From Dehalococcoidia bacterium (GTDB lineage: Bacteria > Chloroflexota > Dehalococcoidia > Bin125), in assembly GCA_965215375.1 (NCBI GenBank), contig CBDCDO010000001.1, forward strand, positions 1,120,717 to 1,184,716: a DNA stretch of 64,000 nt. Reading direction: 5' to 3'. How positions within the stretch are numbered: position 1 is the stretch's first letter; each line of letters starts with the position of its first letter. Under the pieces are notes generated by a model. That model ran no database searches and was not told where the DNA came from. It saw only the letters and a list, made by a program, of their open reading frames with translations. Positions 53,662 through 62,224 of this stretch are shown here, piece after piece. The position numbers were made by a program, and so were the translations under genes.

Positions 53662-55455
53662 ATGGGTCAATTGGTGCAACTTGAATCGGAGAATGCCGTG
53701 GGTGTCGAGCAAGTATTGGTACAGAAGAATCTTGAAATCCCGATGCGCGACGGGATCATCTTGCGGGCTGATCTGTATCGGCCGGTTGACGCGGATCAGC
53801 CTGGTCAGGCGGTGCCAGGGGTCGTGACGCGGACGCCGTACGACAAGGAGCAGTCCGGAGCGGGCGTGGTAGCGGTGATGCCGAACGCGCTCAAGCTGGC
53901 CGAGCGCGGGTACGCGGTCGTGGTGTGCGATTGTCGCGGTCGGTACGAGTCGGAGGGTGAGTTCCGGCCGTTCCACCAGGAGGGCGAGGACGGTTACGAC
54001 ACGCTCGAATGGGTAGCGGCGCAGGATTGGTGCGACGGCAACACGGCGATCTATGGGCCGTCGTATGTCGGGGCGACGACGATGCTGGCGGCTCGGGAGC
54101 GTCCGCCGTCGCTGCGATGCGCGGTACCGATTATCACTGCGGATGACTACTACGACGGCTGGACGTATCAGGGTGGTGCCTTTCAGCTCGGTTTCGTTGG
54201 CTTGTGGGGGAGCGGTCTGGCGGCGACGGGCTATCTGCAGCAGGGGCATTCGCGTCCGATGGAGGCGGCTGAGCAAGTGACCGACGCGGTGATGGGCAAC
54301 GGCTTTCGGCTGTTGGGTAGCCGTCCGCTGAACTCGATGCCTGGGATATCGCAGGATGGCGTTGCGCCGTACTGGCACGAGTGGCTGGAGCACGAGACCA
54401 GGGATGAGTATTGGGAATCGGTGCGGCACTCGGCCGATTACTCACGATTTCAGGTGCCGATGCTGCATATCGGCGGATGGTTCGACATCTTTGGCATTGG
54501 CACGGTGCGGAATTTCCGTGGCATCTCGGCGGAGGGCAACGGCGACCAGCACCTGATTATGGGTCCTTGGGCGCATACCAACTACGACCGCTGGCTCGGT
54601 GAGTTGGAGTTTGGACCGACTGGCGCTGCGGCGGCGGCGAACGTGATTGCCGATATCAACGTGTTCCTCGATCGCCATCTCAAGGGACGAGATCGCGAGC
54701 TGGCACCGGTGCGCTGGTTTCTGATGGGTGCGAATGAGTGGCGCACGGATGAGTCCTGGCCTCCTCCGAATGCGGAGGCGCGGTCGCTGTACCTCGCCTC
54801 CGACGGAGGCGGCACGTTGCACTATGGCGACGGTCGGTTGGTCGATGAGTGTCCGGCAGATGATCTGCGCTGGGATGAGTATTCGTACGTCGGCTGCAAG
54901 CCGGTGATCACTGAGGGCGGATCTACGTTGCAGCAGGCGATCGGGCTGCCCGGTCCGCGGGATCAATCGCGCGTCGAGAGTCGTGACGATGTCTTGTGTT
55001 ACACGAGTGAGGTGCTGACGGAGTCGGTGGATGTCGCGGGACCGGTTGAGGTGGACGTGTGGTTCTCGAGCAGTCAGCCGGATACGGACATCACGGCCAA
55101 GCTGGTGGATGTCCATCCTGATGGCAAGCCGGTGTCGCTGGTCGACGGGATTCTGCGGGCGCGATTCCGCGAGGGATTCGACCGCGAGGTGCTGTTGGAG
55201 CCTGGCGAGGTGGTCAAGGTGACCATCGATTTGGCGTCTGTGGGGCATCGCTTCGACGTCGGGCATCGGATCCGCCTGGAGATATCAAGTAGCAACTACC
55301 CTCGGTTCATGGCGAATTCGAATGATGGCGGATCTGTCAACTCAGCGACCGAGATGCAGACGGCGATCAATCGGATTCGTCGAGGCGGGAAGTATCCATC
55401 CGCGCTACGGTTCTATGAGCTGAGGGACGACATGACCGAAAGGAACGACCAATGA
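53662..55455 (+). CDS. CocE/NonD family hydrolase
   Basis: 'IPMRDG..LRADLYRP', 'RTPYDK', 'G.SYVG', 'GGWFD', 'GPWAH', 'GHRIRLEISSSNYPRF'. Confidence 0.93.
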   Translation: MGQLVQLESENAVGVEQVLVQKNLEIPMRDGIILRADLYRPVDADQPGQAVPGVVTRTPYDKEQSGAGVVAVMPNALKLAERGYAVVVCDCRGRYESEGEFRPFHQEGEDGYDTLEWVAAQDWCDGNTAIYGPSYVGATTMLAARERPPSLRCAVPIITADDYYDGWTYQGGAFQLGFVGLWGSGLAATGYLQQGHSRPMEAAEQVTDAVMGNGFRLLGSRPLNSMPGISQDGVAPYWHEWLEHETRDEYWESVRHSADYSRFQVPMLHIGGWFDIFGIGTVRNFRGISAEGNGDQHLIMGPWAHTNYDRWLGELEFGPTGAAAAANVIADINVFLDRHLKGRDRELAPVRWFLMGANEWRTDESWPPPNAEARSLYLASDGGGTLHYGDGRLVDECPADDLRWDEYSYVGCKPVITEGGSTLQQAIGLPGPRDQSRVESRDDVLCYTSEVLTESVDVAGPVEVDVWFSSSQPDTDITAKLVDVHPDGKPVSLVDGILRARFREGFDREVLLEPGEVVKVTIDLASVGHRFDVGHRIRLEISSSNYPRFMANSNDGGSVNSATEMQTAINRIRRGGKYPSALRFYELRDDMTERNDQ

Positions 55456-55778
55456 TCTACGAACTGCGAATCTACACGGCGCATCCGGGCAAGATGGGCT
55501 CGCTGATGAAGCGTTTCCGCGACCATACGATGGAGTTGTTCGAGCGTCACGGGATTCACAACGTGGGCTACTGGACGAACTCGGTGGGCGGTCGCTCGGA
55601 CGAGCTGTGGTACATCGTCAGCTTCGAGAGTCACGGTCAGCGGGAAGAGGCGTGGAAGAACTTCGCGTCGGATCCTGAGTGGCAGGCAGCGCGCGCGGCG
55701 TCGGAGGAGAATGGTCCGCTGGTGCACCACATCGAGAATCGGATTCTGCAGCCAACAGAGTGGTCGCCGATGCCATAG
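55452..55778 (+). CDS. NIPSNAP family protein
   Basis: 'MIYELRIY..PGKM..RF..LFERHGI..VGYW..AWKNF.SDPEW..L.PT.WSP'. Confidence 0.92.
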   Translation: MIYELRIYTAHPGKMGSLMKRFRDHTMELFERHGIHNVGYWTNSVGGRSDELWYIVSFESHGQREEAWKNFASDPEWQAARAASEENGPLVHHIENRILQPTEWSPMP

Positions 55779-55783
55779 GCGGT
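55647..55783 (+). repeat. 137-bp direct repeat, copy 1 (NIPSNAP 3' end)
   Basis: Matches 57277-57413 with 7 mismatches by manual alignment. Confidence 0.95.
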
Positions 55784-55935
55784 GGGGATCATATACATGA
55801 CTTGACAACGACATCGCAGAAAGGAATTTGGCGACTTCTGTAAAGAAGTTTACAAATCCTATTGCCATTCGACCTCCTGAGGTCAAGAATGGTCATTCGG
55901 GACGGCGTTACGCACGCAGTGACCGAATATGGAGG

Positions 55936-56008
55936 CGGCCCCGGTGAGACTTGAACTCACAACCCCCGCTACGCAAAAACGGTGCTCTTTCCATTGAGCT
56001 ACGGAGCC
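55936..56008 (-). tRNA. Atypical tRNA-like gene, anticodon TGC (Ala)
   Basis: GGCTCCG TA GCTC AATGGAAA GAGC A CCGTT TTTGCGT AGCGG GGGTT GTGAG TTCAAGT CTCAC CGGGGCC G; lacks G3:U70. Confidence 0.75.
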
Positions 56009-56040
56009 GCCTCCCAGCCTACAGGAGCAGGAGAACGGAA

Positions 56041-56124
56041 ATGCCACGCCAACCGATGATCCCGCCGACAACCAAGACGCCGGAGCAGCTCGCCAAAGCG
56101 CTGCTCAAGAATCCAAAGGGGTGA
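56041..56124 (+). CDS. Small 27-aa ORF MPRQPMIPPTTKTPEQLAKALLKNPKG
   Basis: AGGAG RBS, ATG..TGA, fits between the two tRNA-like genes on the opposite strand. Confidence 0.45.
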   Translation: MPRQPMIPPTTKTPEQLAKALLKNPKG

Positions 56125-56127
56125 GAG

Positions 56128-56200
56128 TGCCCTCGATGGGACTCGAACCCATGACTTTACCCGTGGCAGGGGTACGCTCTCTCCGCTGAGCTACGAGGGC
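56128..56200 (-). tRNA. Atypical tRNA gene, anticodon GCC (Gly)
   Basis: GCCCTCG TA GCTC AGCGGAGA GAGC G TACCC CTGCCAC GGGTA AAGTC ATGGG TTCGAGT CCCAT CGAGGGC A; all stems fully paired; no encoded CCA. Confidence 0.85.
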
Positions 56201-56210
56201 GTAACCAGTT

Positions 56211-56238
56211 TAGCCCCCGGCCAATTGGCCGGGGGCTA
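56211..56238. repeat. Perfect 28-bp palindrome
   Basis: tagcccccggccaattggccgggggcta. Confidence 0.9.
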
Positions 56239-56275
56239 TCCAATTCATCAAATCAGCTCCACATGAGGAATCGAA

Positions 56276-56977
56276 TTGCCAATGACTGTGACGATCTCTC
56301 GAACGCACGTAATCACCGGCCTATTGGTCGCCGTAATCGTGGCTCTGGCCGCTGTCCTGGTGTTGAGCGGAGGGGGTGAGCAAGTCTCTCAGACTGCTGA
56401 TCGTGAGACCGCGATCCCTGTTGAACAGCAGTCAGCGTCTGTTGAACAACAGTCAGTTCCTGTTGAACAACAGTCAGTTCCTGTTGAACAACAGTCAGTT
56501 CCTGTTGAACAGCAGTCAGCGTCTGTTGAACAGCAGTCAGTTCCTGTTGAACAACAGTCAGTTCCTGTTGAACAGCAGTCAGCGTCTGTTGAACAGCAGT
56601 CAGCGTCTGTTGAAGACGACACCGTTGCGAACCTCGTTATCGCTATGGCTCCATTGATGGCGAATGTCGAACGGTGCGAACAAGTATCGTGGGAATACAA
56701 TGCCAATATTCGAGTTATGACGGAGAAGGGCGCAGACAACCTTACGCGCACAGATGCTCAAATCCTTGAATCTGGGGCTAGCAGAGTGTTCGACTGCCTT
56801 GATGAGATCGAGACTCAAGTGGCGCAGTTGGAGATTGATTTTCCTGTTTCGGTGAGATCGGATGAATTTAGGGGAACTAGGCAAGCGTGGGGGAGAGCTA
56901 CTGATGTCAAGAGTGTTTTCGAGCAATCGTGGGCAGAATTGAGGTCCACTCTTGTGGGTCGTGGATTGTTGGACTAG
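56276..56977 (+). CDS. Membrane-anchored hypothetical protein with 9 heptad repeats (VEQQSVP/VEQQSAS)
   Basis: N-terminal TM helix; 21-bp tandem repeat 56420-56608; helical C-domain with two Cys. Confidence 0.8.
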   Translation: MPMTVTISRTHVITGLLVAVIVALAAVLVLSGGGEQVSQTADRETAIPVEQQSASVEQQSVPVEQQSVPVEQQSVPVEQQSASVEQQSVPVEQQSVPVEQQSASVEQQSASVEDDTVANLVIAMAPLMANVERCEQVSWEYNANIRVMTEKGADNLTRTDAQILESGASRVFDCLDEIETQVAQLEIDFPVSVRSDEFRGTRQAWGRATDVKSVFEQSWAELRSTLVGRGLLD

Positions 56978-56984
56978 GGATGCG

Positions 56985-57276
56985 TTACGCCCCTTTGAGT
57001 TCTTGGTAGGTCAAACGTCGGCCCACTGAGCGCTGGACGATCTCGCCCATGATGTCGATGGTGTCGAGGTCGCGCATTGTGGCGCGGCAAGCAAACTCGT
57101 TTGCGTATCGCTGAGTGTGCTTGGCTGACCAGTGGTGGAACGTGCCGATGAATCCGCGCTTGAGCATCGACCAAAACGACTCGATTCCCTGTGTGTGAAA
57201 CGGGCCTTTGACGTATTGGCGAGCGCTGTGCTGAACTGATCGGTGCTTGAACCCGAAGTCCTCGAGGTCCTGATAC
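56985..57276 (-). pseudogene. IS1595-family (ISXO2-like) transposase, C-terminal remnant
   Basis: 'H.SV.HSARQYVKG..HTQGIESFWSMLKRG..GTFHHWSAKH..RY..EF..R..GRRLTYQEL'; 5' part missing, cut at the direct-repeat junction. Confidence 0.9.
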
Positions 57277-57413
57277 GAGGCGTGGAAGAACTTCGCATCC
57301 GATCCTGAGTGGCAGGCAGCGCGCGCGGCGTCGGAGGAGAATGGTCCGCTGGTACACCACATCGAGAACCGGCTGCTCCAGCCAACAGAGTGGTCGCCGA
57401 TGCCATAGGCGGT
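57277..57413 (+). repeat. 137-bp direct repeat, copy 2 (orphan NIPSNAP 3' end)
   Basis: Diverged duplicate of 55647-55783. Confidence 0.95.
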
Positions 57414-57459
57414 CGGGCGAGCGTCGTTGGCGATATTCTGAACGGGTGAGGGTATCGCC

Positions 57460-57794
57460 GTGACAACGCAGCAGAATCAGAGCGGGGCGCTACTCGGCAC
57501 GGTGATGTCGATGGACGAGATCCGCGAGCGGGGGGGGGGATGCCGTTCGAGGAATTCTGTGCCTCTCATCCTTGGTGGGAGTGGACTGAGGCACGGCTCG
57601 GCCGTCGGATGATTGACTCTCAAGGTCGCGCGTGGGTCGCGATGTGGGATACCGAGTATGGGGTCGGGATTAGCTACGAGCCTGAACTCACTCCTCAAGC
57701 GGAAGTGTTCATCGCTGAGCTTGCACGGCGAGCTCGGGAAGAGATTCTCGCTGGTGGGGGTGACGTGTTCGATTATGACGCTCCGGATGACTAG
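57460..57794 (+). CDS. Putative antitoxin (acidic small protein upstream of RelE); possibly split at G10 (57530-57539)
   Basis: GTG 57460 has a GAGG RBS but is out of frame with ORF 57540..57794; G11 or G8 fuses them; 5 nt upstream of the toxin gene. Confidence 0.5.
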
Positions 57795-57799
57795 AGCCG

Positions 57800-58084
57800 A
57801 TGCGATATCGGGACCGTCGCACGGGGGAGGCGATTGAACAGTTTCGTGGGCTATCTCCATACCCAAAGGGTCAGGTAAAGGAAGCGCTCCGTAGGCTGGA
57901 ACTCGATCCTTACGGCCCCGCGAGCCTTCGACTCAAGACTCAAGAATCTACATACCGAGTTCGTACGGGAAATTACCGGGTGCTGTACAACCCGGGACCG
58001 GGCGATATGGAGATTACCGTCTTTCGGATCGCATTGCGGGACGTGGCTTATGAGGGATTTGCACATCCCGACAGTCGGCCGTGA
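57800..58084 (+). CDS. RelE/ParE family toxin
   Basis: 'ALRRLELDPYGP..LRLK..TYRVRTGNYRVLY..ITVFRIALRDVAY'. Confidence 0.85.
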   Translation: MRYRDRRTGEAIEQFRGLSPYPKGQVKEALRRLELDPYGPASLRLKTQESTYRVRTGNYRVLYNPGPGDMEITVFRIALRDVAYEGFAHPDSRP

Positions 58085-58089
58085 TCTGG

Positions 58090-58905
58090 TTAGGCTCGAT
58101 GTCGTAGCCGGGCGACCATGACGGGTGGGATGTTTGGGAGATGATCCCAGCTGAGGCGACCTTCGGCGTCTCCTTTGCCTCCGTCGGTGATGGCGGGTTC
58201 GCGGATTCCGTCGAGGACCCAACCTCGATCGAAGGCGGTTCCGAATAGTTCGGTCAGCGTGCGGTCGAAGTAGGGCTGGATGGCCGGTTGGCCGACGATG
58301 GCGATGCCGTGACCCACTCCTCTGTTGAGGTAGCTCGTGATGCGTATGCCCGACTCTTCGATGAACTGGCCGTCTGGGGTCTCGGTCCGCTCGCGGTAGA
58401 GCTTCACATGGGGTCCGGGCGTGAAGGCTGGATGCAGGACGGAGAACACGAACGGCGCGCCATCGGCGAGGGCGAGGGGGAGCACTTCTAGGAGCGGCGA
58501 GATCTCGGCGATGTCCATGAGAGCCATGTTGCACACCACGGCTCCGAAGGGCGCGCCATCGGCGCCGGCGAGCGCGGCTAGGGCGTCTCGATCGGTGGCG
58601 TCGAGTTGGAGCCACCTGATCCGATCGCTCTCTGAGCGTTGCTTGGCGTTGTTGAGCTGTGCGTCCGAGCCGTCGGTTGCGGTGACGGTGACGCCTCGCT
58701 TGGCGAGCTGTCGCGCGAAGTTGCCGTTGCCGCAGGCGATTTCTAGGACGGTCGCGGGTAGGGGCTCGAGAAGCTCGATCGTGCTGGGGAACACGAGCAC
58801 GCGCTGCCAGTAGTTGCCGTCGTCGCCCTGTGCTTCGTCCCAGAAATCGGCGTTGACATCCCAGGCGGCGAGCGACTCGGTGTTGGTGTCGGGGTAGTCG
58901 ACCAT
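58090..58905 (-). CDS. Class I SAM-dependent methyltransferase
   Basis: 'VLEIACGNG', 'VTATDGS', 'LDATD', 'VVCNMALMDI', 'FVFSVLHP'. Confidence 0.9.
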   Translation of the reverse strand: MVDYPDTNTESLAAWDVNADFWDEAQGDDGNYWQRVLVFPSTIELLEPLPATVLEIACGNGNFARQLAKRGVTVTATDGSDAQLNNAKQRSESDRIRWLQLDATDRDALAALAGADGAPFGAVVCNMALMDIAEISPLLEVLPLALADGAPFVFSVLHPAFTPGPHVKLYRERTETPDGQFIEESGIRITSYLNRGVGHGIAIVGQPAIQPYFDRTLTELFGTAFDRGWVLDGIREPAITDGGKGDAEGRLSWDHLPNIPPVMVARLRHRA

Positions 58906-58985
58906 CTCAGTTGCGACCTCGTTGCTACCGTTACTGCATAGCTGTTGAGACCACCGTAACCCGAGTGAGGCTGTTGGAGGATCTG

Positions 58986-59945
58986 ATGAGTGCTCCGTTA
59001 CCTGTGATTGTGCAAGGTCTGGGACCGATCGGACTGCGAATTGTCGAGGCTGCGCTGAACGACCCGTTTCTGGAGGTGGTGGGCGCGGTGGAGATCAACC
59101 CTGAGATGGTCGGACGGCCGCTGTCGGAATTTATCGATGGTGCGCCGGAGATCGTGATTCGGCAATCGGTCGCGGCGGCGCGTGTGGACTCGCGGTCGGA
59201 CGGTGGGATTCTGGTGCAGTGCACGGGCTCGTACCTCGACAAAGTGTCGGCCCAGATTGAGGAGGCGCTACGACAGGACCTACATGTCGTGTCGACCTGC
59301 GAGGAGCTTGCGTTCGCACATGCTCGGCATCCAGAGATTGCGGCAGGCCTTGATGTGCTGGCGCGTCGGGCGGAGCGGACGGTCGTGGGCACAGGGGTCA
59401 ATCCAGGCTTCCTGATGGACGCGCTGCCGGCATCGCTTTCGTCGATCTCGCACAGCATCAAGTCGGTGTCGGTGAAGCGGGTGCAGGATCCGTCTCGTCG
59501 GCGGATTCCGTTTCAGGAGAAAGTGGGGATGGGTATCTCTGTCGGAGAGTGGGAGAAGCGGCGCGATGCTGGCGGGTTTGGACACGTCGGGCTGGAGGAG
59601 TCAGCGCGACTGCTCGCCTATGCGTTGGGTTGGAAGCTGATCGATTGGCGGCATGACATGGTTCCGTGCGAGGTGCCAGGACAGGAGCTTGTCGCGGGGA
59701 CATTGGAGACGCTGGAGGGTTCCACGTTCGACGGGCATTCGGTTCGTCTGCACTTTGAGGCGAATGCGTCGGTTGCGGAGGAATACGACGAGATCGTAGT
59801 CGATGGGACGCCGCCGCTGAAGCTGCGATTTGAGGGTGGGGTGTTCGGCGATGACGCGACGGCGGCCTCGGTCCTACGTGCGGCCCGGGTGATTCCTCAC
59901 ACTCGGAGAGGGTTGATGACGGTGCTTGATCTCCCGCTGCGTTAA
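58986..59945 (+). CDS. NAD(P)-dependent dehydrogenase, dihydrodipicolinate reductase/2,4-diaminopentanoate dehydrogenase-like
   Basis: 'VQGLGPIG', 'VVSTCEEL', 'GTGVNPGFLMD', 'KVGMG', 'GHVGL.ES', 'GD.ATA'; GGAGG RBS. Confidence 0.85.
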   Translation: MSAPLPVIVQGLGPIGLRIVEAALNDPFLEVVGAVEINPEMVGRPLSEFIDGAPEIVIRQSVAAARVDSRSDGGILVQCTGSYLDKVSAQIEEALRQDLHVVSTCEELAFAHARHPEIAAGLDVLARRAERTVVGTGVNPGFLMDALPASLSSISHSIKSVSVKRVQDPSRRRIPFQEKVGMGISVGEWEKRRDAGGFGHVGLEESARLLAYALGWKLIDWRHDMVPCEVPGQELVAGTLETLEGSTFDGHSVRLHFEANASVAEEYDEIVVDGTPPLKLRFEGGVFGDDATAASVLRAARVIPHTRRGLMTVLDLPLR

Positions 59946-60084
59946 CCTGGTTCTGCGGCGCCTATCGATTGAGCGCTCCCCGCTCACTTGGGGGAGCTGT
60001 CACGACGTGACTGAGGGGGCCCTGTTGCCGCCGCGCGGCACCTTCCCAGTTGGGGAGGTCTGAGATGTGGAATGGAGGATCGCC

Positions 60085-60594
60085 ATGGACTTCGACGACC
60101 GAGACTTTCGCAATGCATTAGGGATGTTTCCGAGTGGTGTCACCGTGATCACGACGGGGACGGAGCCGAACTTTGTCGGCATGACTGCGCAGTCGTTCTC
60201 GTCGTTGTCGCTCGATCCGCCGCTTGTGCTGGTCTGCGTGGATAAGGGCGCGAGCGTGCTGCCGCTGCTCAAGGAGACTGGCGCGTACACCGTCAACATT
60301 TTGCCCGACTCGGCGATGGATACGTCGAACTTCTTCGCGAGCAGCAAGCGACCGGCGCCGCCTCATCAGTTCGACGAGCACGAGCATACGCTCGGGGAGA
60401 CCGGTCAGCCGCGACTCGCCAACGCGACGATGGTTTTCGACTGCGAGATTGATTCGGTGCTCGACGGTGGTGATCATGAGATCATCGTGGGCGCGGTGAA
60501 GGCATTCGAGAAGCAGTCGGACGAAGAGCCGATCCTGTTCTATGGCGGCAACTATCGGAAGATGGGTCCACCCGATCCGTCGATGAGCTGGTAG
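60085..60594 (+). CDS. Flavin reductase family protein
   Basis: 'FRNALG.FPSGVTVIT', 'SFSSLSLDPPLVLVC', 'GGDH.IIVG.V', 'P.LFYGGNY'. Confidence 0.93.
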   Translation: MDFDDRDFRNALGMFPSGVTVITTGTEPNFVGMTAQSFSSLSLDPPLVLVCVDKGASVLPLLKETGAYTVNILPDSAMDTSNFFASSKRPAPPHQFDEHEHTLGETGQPRLANATMVFDCEIDSVLDGGDHEIIVGAVKAFEKQSDEEPILFYGGNYRKMGPPDPSMSW

Positions 60595-60613
60595 TCGCGC
60601 TGCGACTTGCTTC

Positions 60614-61171
60614 ATGTGCGTACTAGATACAGGCGATCGGCCGCTCTTGGCGACAGATCCGCCGATTCCCGCGGATGACTTCGTTCCCGCGCTGTGGGTG
60701 CCGCTGACGCGTGCGCTGCGTGCGCGACGTCGGCTGGTTCAGATGGTCGAGACACTGCCATTGAGTGCCTGGCTGGAGCGCTCGGCCGCACCGTCGTGGT
60801 CACGTCGGGATGTGTTGGCGCACGTGGCGGCGTCGGATCGTCGGGTTCACGATGTGCTGATCGCGGTGCTGAATGGGTCGCCGTTGGAGGAGTGGCAGCC
60901 AGATCCCTGGGTGCCGAGCGCCGCGTTGGATCGGGCGAATGCGTTGGGGACGGAGCGGTATGTCGGGAGATCGGTTCCGGAGCTCGGCGAGCAGCTCCGC
61001 GCTGGCGGGGTGAAGTCGACGATGTACTTCGCGGCGCTGACGGAGGATCAGGTGTTGATGCGGATGGGATTCGCGGCGAACGGGTTGTCGCTTTTGGAAG
61101 CCTGGGCCTCGCACGACAACGATCACGCGGACGACATCATCAACGGTCCGACGATGATGCGGACGTTGTGA
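60614..61171 (+). CDS. DinB/maleylpyruvate-isomerase N-terminal family protein
   Basis: 'WSRRDVLAHVAASD' and C-terminal 'HDNDHADDI' metal-binding His pattern. Confidence 0.75.
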   Translation: MCVLDTGDRPLLATDPPIPADDFVPALWVPLTRALRARRRLVQMVETLPLSAWLERSAAPSWSRRDVLAHVAASDRRVHDVLIAVLNGSPLEEWQPDPWVPSAALDRANALGTERYVGRSVPELGEQLRAGGVKSTMYFAALTEDQVLMRMGFAANGLSLLEAWASHDNDHADDIINGPTMMRTL

Positions 61172-61271
61172 GCGGTACGTGGGGTCGCTGATCGTCTCCT
61201 TGCTGCGACCTGTCTGATCCTCGGCGCGAGACAGGCAGACCCCCGCTTTCGCGGGGGCATGCCCGATTCAG

Positions 61272-62099
61272 CTACTTCGAGATTCGTAGTCGCGTTTCCA
61301 GCAGGCGTTCCGTCTTGGCGACTTCGAGTCGGTCGATGAACGCGTCGACGAGGGCGTTGGCGACGGAGTCGGCACCTTGGGTCATGAGCATTTGCAGTAT
61401 TCCGCGCTTGGGGCGGACGAGCGTGGTGCGTTCCTCGATACCGGCGGCGTCGGCTGCCCACTCGATTGCGTCGTTGAGGTCGCCCAGTCGGTCGACCAGG
61501 CCGAGCTCGTATGCCTCGGCGCCGGTGTGGATTTCACCAGAGGCGAGCGAAGCGACCTGTTCTCGGGAGAAGTCGGGTCGACCTTCGGCGACGATGTCGA
61601 CGAATCGCTCGTAAACGGATGTGATCAAGGCGTCGAGTTTCGCGTCTTCCTCGGGCGTGGAGTCGCGGAAGAGTGAGCCCATGTCTTTGTACTCGCCAGC
61701 GGCGCGGGTGCGCATTTTGACGCCGACGCGGTCGAGGGCTTCGGAGATCATCGGGGCGGTCCAGATCACGCCGATTGATCCGACGACCGAGGTCGGCAGG
61801 GCGAAGATCGGGTTGGCGGCGCAGGCGATCATGTATCCGCCGGAGGCTCCGACACCGCGAATAGCGGCAGCGACGGGTTTCTTGTCGGAGAGTCGCTTTG
61901 CTGCGAGGTAGAGCGCCTCGGACGCGGCTGCACCACCGCCTGGCGAGTCGATGTCGAGCACGACCGCGGGATAGCGGGGATTGTTGGCGATGCTGTTGAA
62001 GGTGCGAGCGAGTTCGCGCGGATTGATTCGGGTACCGATCTGTCCGGCAACCTCAACGATGGCGATCCGGGGCGGGAAAAGGTATTGTTCAACATCCAT
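61272..62099 (-). CDS. sppA: Signal peptide peptidase SppA (S49)
   Basis: 'IDSPGG', 'ASGGYMIA', 'VGSIGV', 'AGEYKD', 'GLVDRLG'; likely start ATG 62099. Confidence 0.92.
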   Translation of the reverse strand: MDVEQYLFPPRIAIVEVAGQIGTRINPRELARTFNSIANNPRYPAVVLDIDSPGGGAAASEALYLAAKRLSDKKPVAAAIRGVGASGGYMIACAANPIFALPTSVVGSIGVIWTAPMISEALDRVGVKMRTRAAGEYKDMGSLFRDSTPEEDAKLDALITSVYERFVDIVAEGRPDFSREQVASLASGEIHTGAEAYELGLVDRLGDLNDAIEWAADAAGIEERTTLVRPKRGILQMLMTQGADSVANALVDAFIDRLEVAKTERLLETRLRISK

Positions 62100-62224
62100 G
62101 TCGGCGAGTCCGTTCCACAAGTTCTTGGTTTCAGTGTATGCGTAGGGAGCGTATTCGTTGACTCTGTCAGGTATGGGCGCGATGATCTGTGACACGGAGC
62201 ACAACGCAATCGAGGGAGGCTCAC

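Larger units (their letters stand above)
55784..57276 (-). mobile_element. Truncated IS1595-family element with passenger cargo
   Basis: Transposase C-terminal remnant at the right end, cargo (membrane protein, two tRNA-like genes, small ORF), candidate terminus 'ggggatcatatacatgacttgac' at the left junction. Confidence 0.65.

Noticed and set aside
48280-54429. Long ORFs such as 48280..50163, 50621..51988 and 52984..54429
   Set aside because: Shadow or alternative frames of GC-rich genuine genes
56420-56608. Short regular repeats resembling a CRISPR array
   Set aside because: Contiguous 21-bp in-frame coding units with no unique spacers and no cas genes
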